A DNA stretch of 64,000 nucleotides from the NCBI GenBank assembly GCA_029865125.1, contig JAOUHN010000001.1, positions 1,360-65,359 of the forward strand, given 5' to 3'. The position numbers and the translations under genes are program-made. The DNA is from Candidatus Moraniibacteriota bacterium. Lineage in GTDB: Bacteria > Patescibacteriota > Minisyncoccia > Moranbacterales > UBA9337. Shown here one piece after another: positions 61,736 through 64,000 of the stretch (the first letter of the stretch is position 1; the number at the start of each line of letters is the position of its first letter). The notes beneath the pieces were generated by a model. The model did no database searches. It was not told where the DNA came from and saw only the letters and a program-made list of their open reading frames with translations.

Positions 61736-61910
61736 TTTTCCTCCTCGGGAAATATTTGCCCAAAAGCGGGCGTTAATTTTGCTCGAAAATGAGCTCTTCT
61801 ACTACGAGCCCAAAACAACTTTTTTAAAATTATCTTGAGTTCGTAGTAGAAGCTTGAAGGAAAATATATGATTTTCTCGGATAAATATTTTTTGATTCAA
61901 AGAACTTTTC
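61736..61910. repeat. Roughly 175-bp direct repeat, copy 2
   Basis: See copy 1. The internal hairpin shows compensatory changes between copies. Confidence 0.9.
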
Positions 61911-61969
61911 TCTCTGGTCAAAATAACCAAGAGATTCTTGAGTCCAACCACAAGGATTGTTCCCAAAAA

Positions 61970-62000
61970 TAAAAAGCTTTCCAACCGGAAAGCTTTTTGC
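61970..62000. terminator. Bidirectional terminator (AAGCTTTCC-AACC-GGAAAGCTT)
   Basis: A 9-bp perfect stem with A and T runs on either side. Confidence 0.65.
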
Positions 62001-62792
62001 ATGACTCTTCAAGAGAAACTAAACACGACTAAAGTCCTCGAGAAAAGTCTTGCAAGAAACCTTCCTATTCGCCTGCATTGAAGCGAAGCTTTGTCGTGTT
62101 TTAGTTGTTATCAAAATACTGTTATAATAAACTCACTATTCTTCTTCCGAAGAATGGATGATCCGCCTATCTTTTTAGATCCTGTATTAAACAGGCTCCA
62201 TAGCCGGGACCAGTCCATTCATCGCAATGGATGAATAAATTGTAGGGTTACCGGGTTTCGGAATAGCCCGAGATCAATTGAACTTTGTCAATCACTATCT
62301 CAAACTGAGACACCACCCGGATTTTTATGAACTATCCTCTGCATTGAGAGGAGGTGATCTTTTAATATCACTGGATTGAAACTTATTATTCTAAGATTCA
62401 ACACCGCTAATATCAATGTGACTGCCTGTTGCCATAACTGTTTTTCTCATCTTGACTCATTACTATACCATAGCTTTACAAAATTGTCAATAGTTTGTGA
62501 ATGCATTTGACTATCTATCCTACTTTGGCTTAATACGGCCCTTTGTTCAGGAAGCATTCTGTCACAATGCATTCACAAATATTTGACACTATGTTTTCCA
62601 CTTAATTATCAATGTTCTTTTGTTCTCTTAATCACCCAGCCCTTACTGCCTTTTCTCATCTTGACTAGTCAGTATAGCATGCTATCACAATATTGTCAAT
62701 ACCCTGTGACTGCTTTTTCCAACATTTCAGTATTATGGCTTAAATTAGGCTTATATCTCATTTTATTTTGCTTTAAAAATATTCACGATTGT

Positions 62793-62821
62793 TTGACAAT
62801 AGGCAAAAACAAGAGTATAAT
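62793..62821 (+). promoter_or_regulatory. Consensus sigma70-type promoter (TTGACA-17-TATAAT) oriented toward the TrmB-like gene
   Basis: TTGACA at 62793-62798, a 17-bp spacer, and TATAAT at 62816-62821. Confidence 0.6.
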
Positions 62822-62928
62822 AGAAGCATAACTTATTTTCTTTCTATATAAGCGCCAAGTAAGACTCCCCATTAAAAAGCACTGTCAAAGAGTCACGTTT
62901 ATATAAAAATAGCCAAAAAAACAAAATT

Positions 62929-63717
62929 ATGTATGAAAAAATCCTGTCCGTTGCCGGACTTTCCCCAAAAGAAGCCGAGATATATGAAATTCTCCTAAAT
63001 ATCGGACAAGCCGAAGCAAGTGAGATATTCAAGCAAACTACCTATAAAAGAGGTTTATTATACAAGATTTTAGAGCAACTTATCGAAAAAGGGCTAATTG
63101 TTAAAATAGAAAAACCCCGCAAACCGGCCGTTTTCAGGGTAGAGCATCCCAACAAAATAACCGAGATGCTTGATTTGCAAGCACAAAAGGTAACTTACTA
63201 CAAAAAAAGTATTGAGGATTTGATGCCGCAGCTGATTTCCAACTATAATTTAGCCTTTCATAAGCCTGGAATCAGGTTTTTTGAAGGAAAAGAAGGCGTG
63301 AGAAGGGTTCTTGATGATACCCTCACCGCCAAAGAAACTATTTATACCTATGTTGACATGGAAGCCATTGTCGAACATATCAATGACATAAACAAGGCTT
63401 ATGTCAAAAAAAGAGAGAAATTGGACATCAAAAAAAAAGGAATCGTTCTAGACTCCCCTTTTACCCGAAAACTACTCAAGAATTATCATACTAGTGTCAC
63501 TGACACCAGATTCATGGACCACACTAAATATTCCTTCAGCTCTATAATGCAGATATATGACGACCGCGTTGCTTATATCTCCCTATCGGAAGATAGCTTC
63601 ACTTCAATCATCATCCAAGACAAAAACATTTATCAAATGCACAAACAAATCTTTGAATTCAACTGGCAAAATGCCAAAACCTATGAAGAGCTTACGCCTC
63701 TTTCTAAAGCGCAATAG
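62929..63717 (+). CDS. TrmB-family transcriptional regulator (N-terminal wHTH)
   Basis: MYEKILSVAGLSPKEAEIYEILLNIGQAEASEI...LLYKILEQLIEKGLIVKIE; 262 aa with a TrmB-like C-terminal domain. Confidence 0.75.
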   Translation: MYEKILSVAGLSPKEAEIYEILLNIGQAEASEIFKQTTYKRGLLYKILEQLIEKGLIVKIEKPRKPAVFRVEHPNKITEMLDLQAQKVTYYKKSIEDLMPQLISNYNLAFHKPGIRFFEGKEGVRRVLDDTLTAKETIYTYVDMEAIVEHINDINKAYVKKREKLDIKKKGIVLDSPFTRKLLKNYHTSVTDTRFMDHTKYSFSSIMQIYDDRVAYISLSEDSFTSIIIQDKNIYQMHKQIFEFNWQNAKTYEELTPLSKAQ

Positions 63718-63995
63718 ACACTCTTCTGGTCCTGGCTAAAAAAATATCTCGTGATCACAAAATGCTTCTTGTTCACCAACTCGTCAAGAAGCTTTCTTGT
63801 TTCATTTTCCCCAATGGGAAGAAACAGCACCATCCTGGAATCATCTTCGTTGTATGCATTCCCAAGATTATTTTGCATATGATATTCGGCAACATCTGCC
63901 TGAGACATCTTCTTGAAAAAATAATCCTTGCCCTGTCGTTCTTTTGCAAGACTAAATGTATATTCCCCCTCATACTCATATGCTCTAGTGGCCAC
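63681..63995 (-). CDS. Hypothetical protein (may extend beyond the window edge)
   Basis: ORF on the minus strand overlapping the 3' end of the TrmB gene. Low information. Confidence 0.3.
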   Translation of the reverse strand: MATRAYEYEGEYTFSLAKERQGKDYFFKKMSQADVAEYHMQNNLGNAYNEDDSRMVLFLPIGENETRKLLDELVNKKHFVITRYFFSQDQKSVYCALERGVSSS

Positions 63996-64000
63996 AAATC

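Overview
This window is an AT-rich (about 33-35% GC), gene-dense bacterial region; the translation, RNA-processing, pilus and regulator genes listed below can be read from the sequence. Gene content is consistent with a CPR/Patescibacteria-type organism, but that is inference. Several short islands have clearly higher GC than the bulk. Supported RNA genes are tRNA-Val(GAC), two tRNA(CAU), tRNA-Asp(GUC) and tRNA-Leu(UAG).

The most unusual content is:
- a high-GC island at about 55.1-61.9 kb next to tRNA-Leu, carrying a P-loop kinase, an SplB-like radical SAM, a Cys-rich protein, a class V aminotransferase/cysteine desulfurase-like gene and unknowns, bracketed by two about 175-bp direct repeats that share a covarying hairpin;
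- a translationally coupled operon of two radical SAM enzymes around a polytopic membrane protein, immediately downstream of a three-tRNA cluster;
- dispersed intergenic repeat families: heptanucleotide (ATGYTHY)n arrays at eight or more loci, a roughly 50-bp hairpin-containing REP-like element in four copies, a GATTTGAGA-motif family, and GC-rich CCCTCC/GGAGGG hairpins;
- a unique roughly 200-bp nested palindrome;
- an 840-bp noncoding island with bidirectional terminators and strong stem-loops, a candidate sRNA locus;
- a GGDEF-like protein with an SGDEF motif, and a UbiA-family prenyltransferase fusion.
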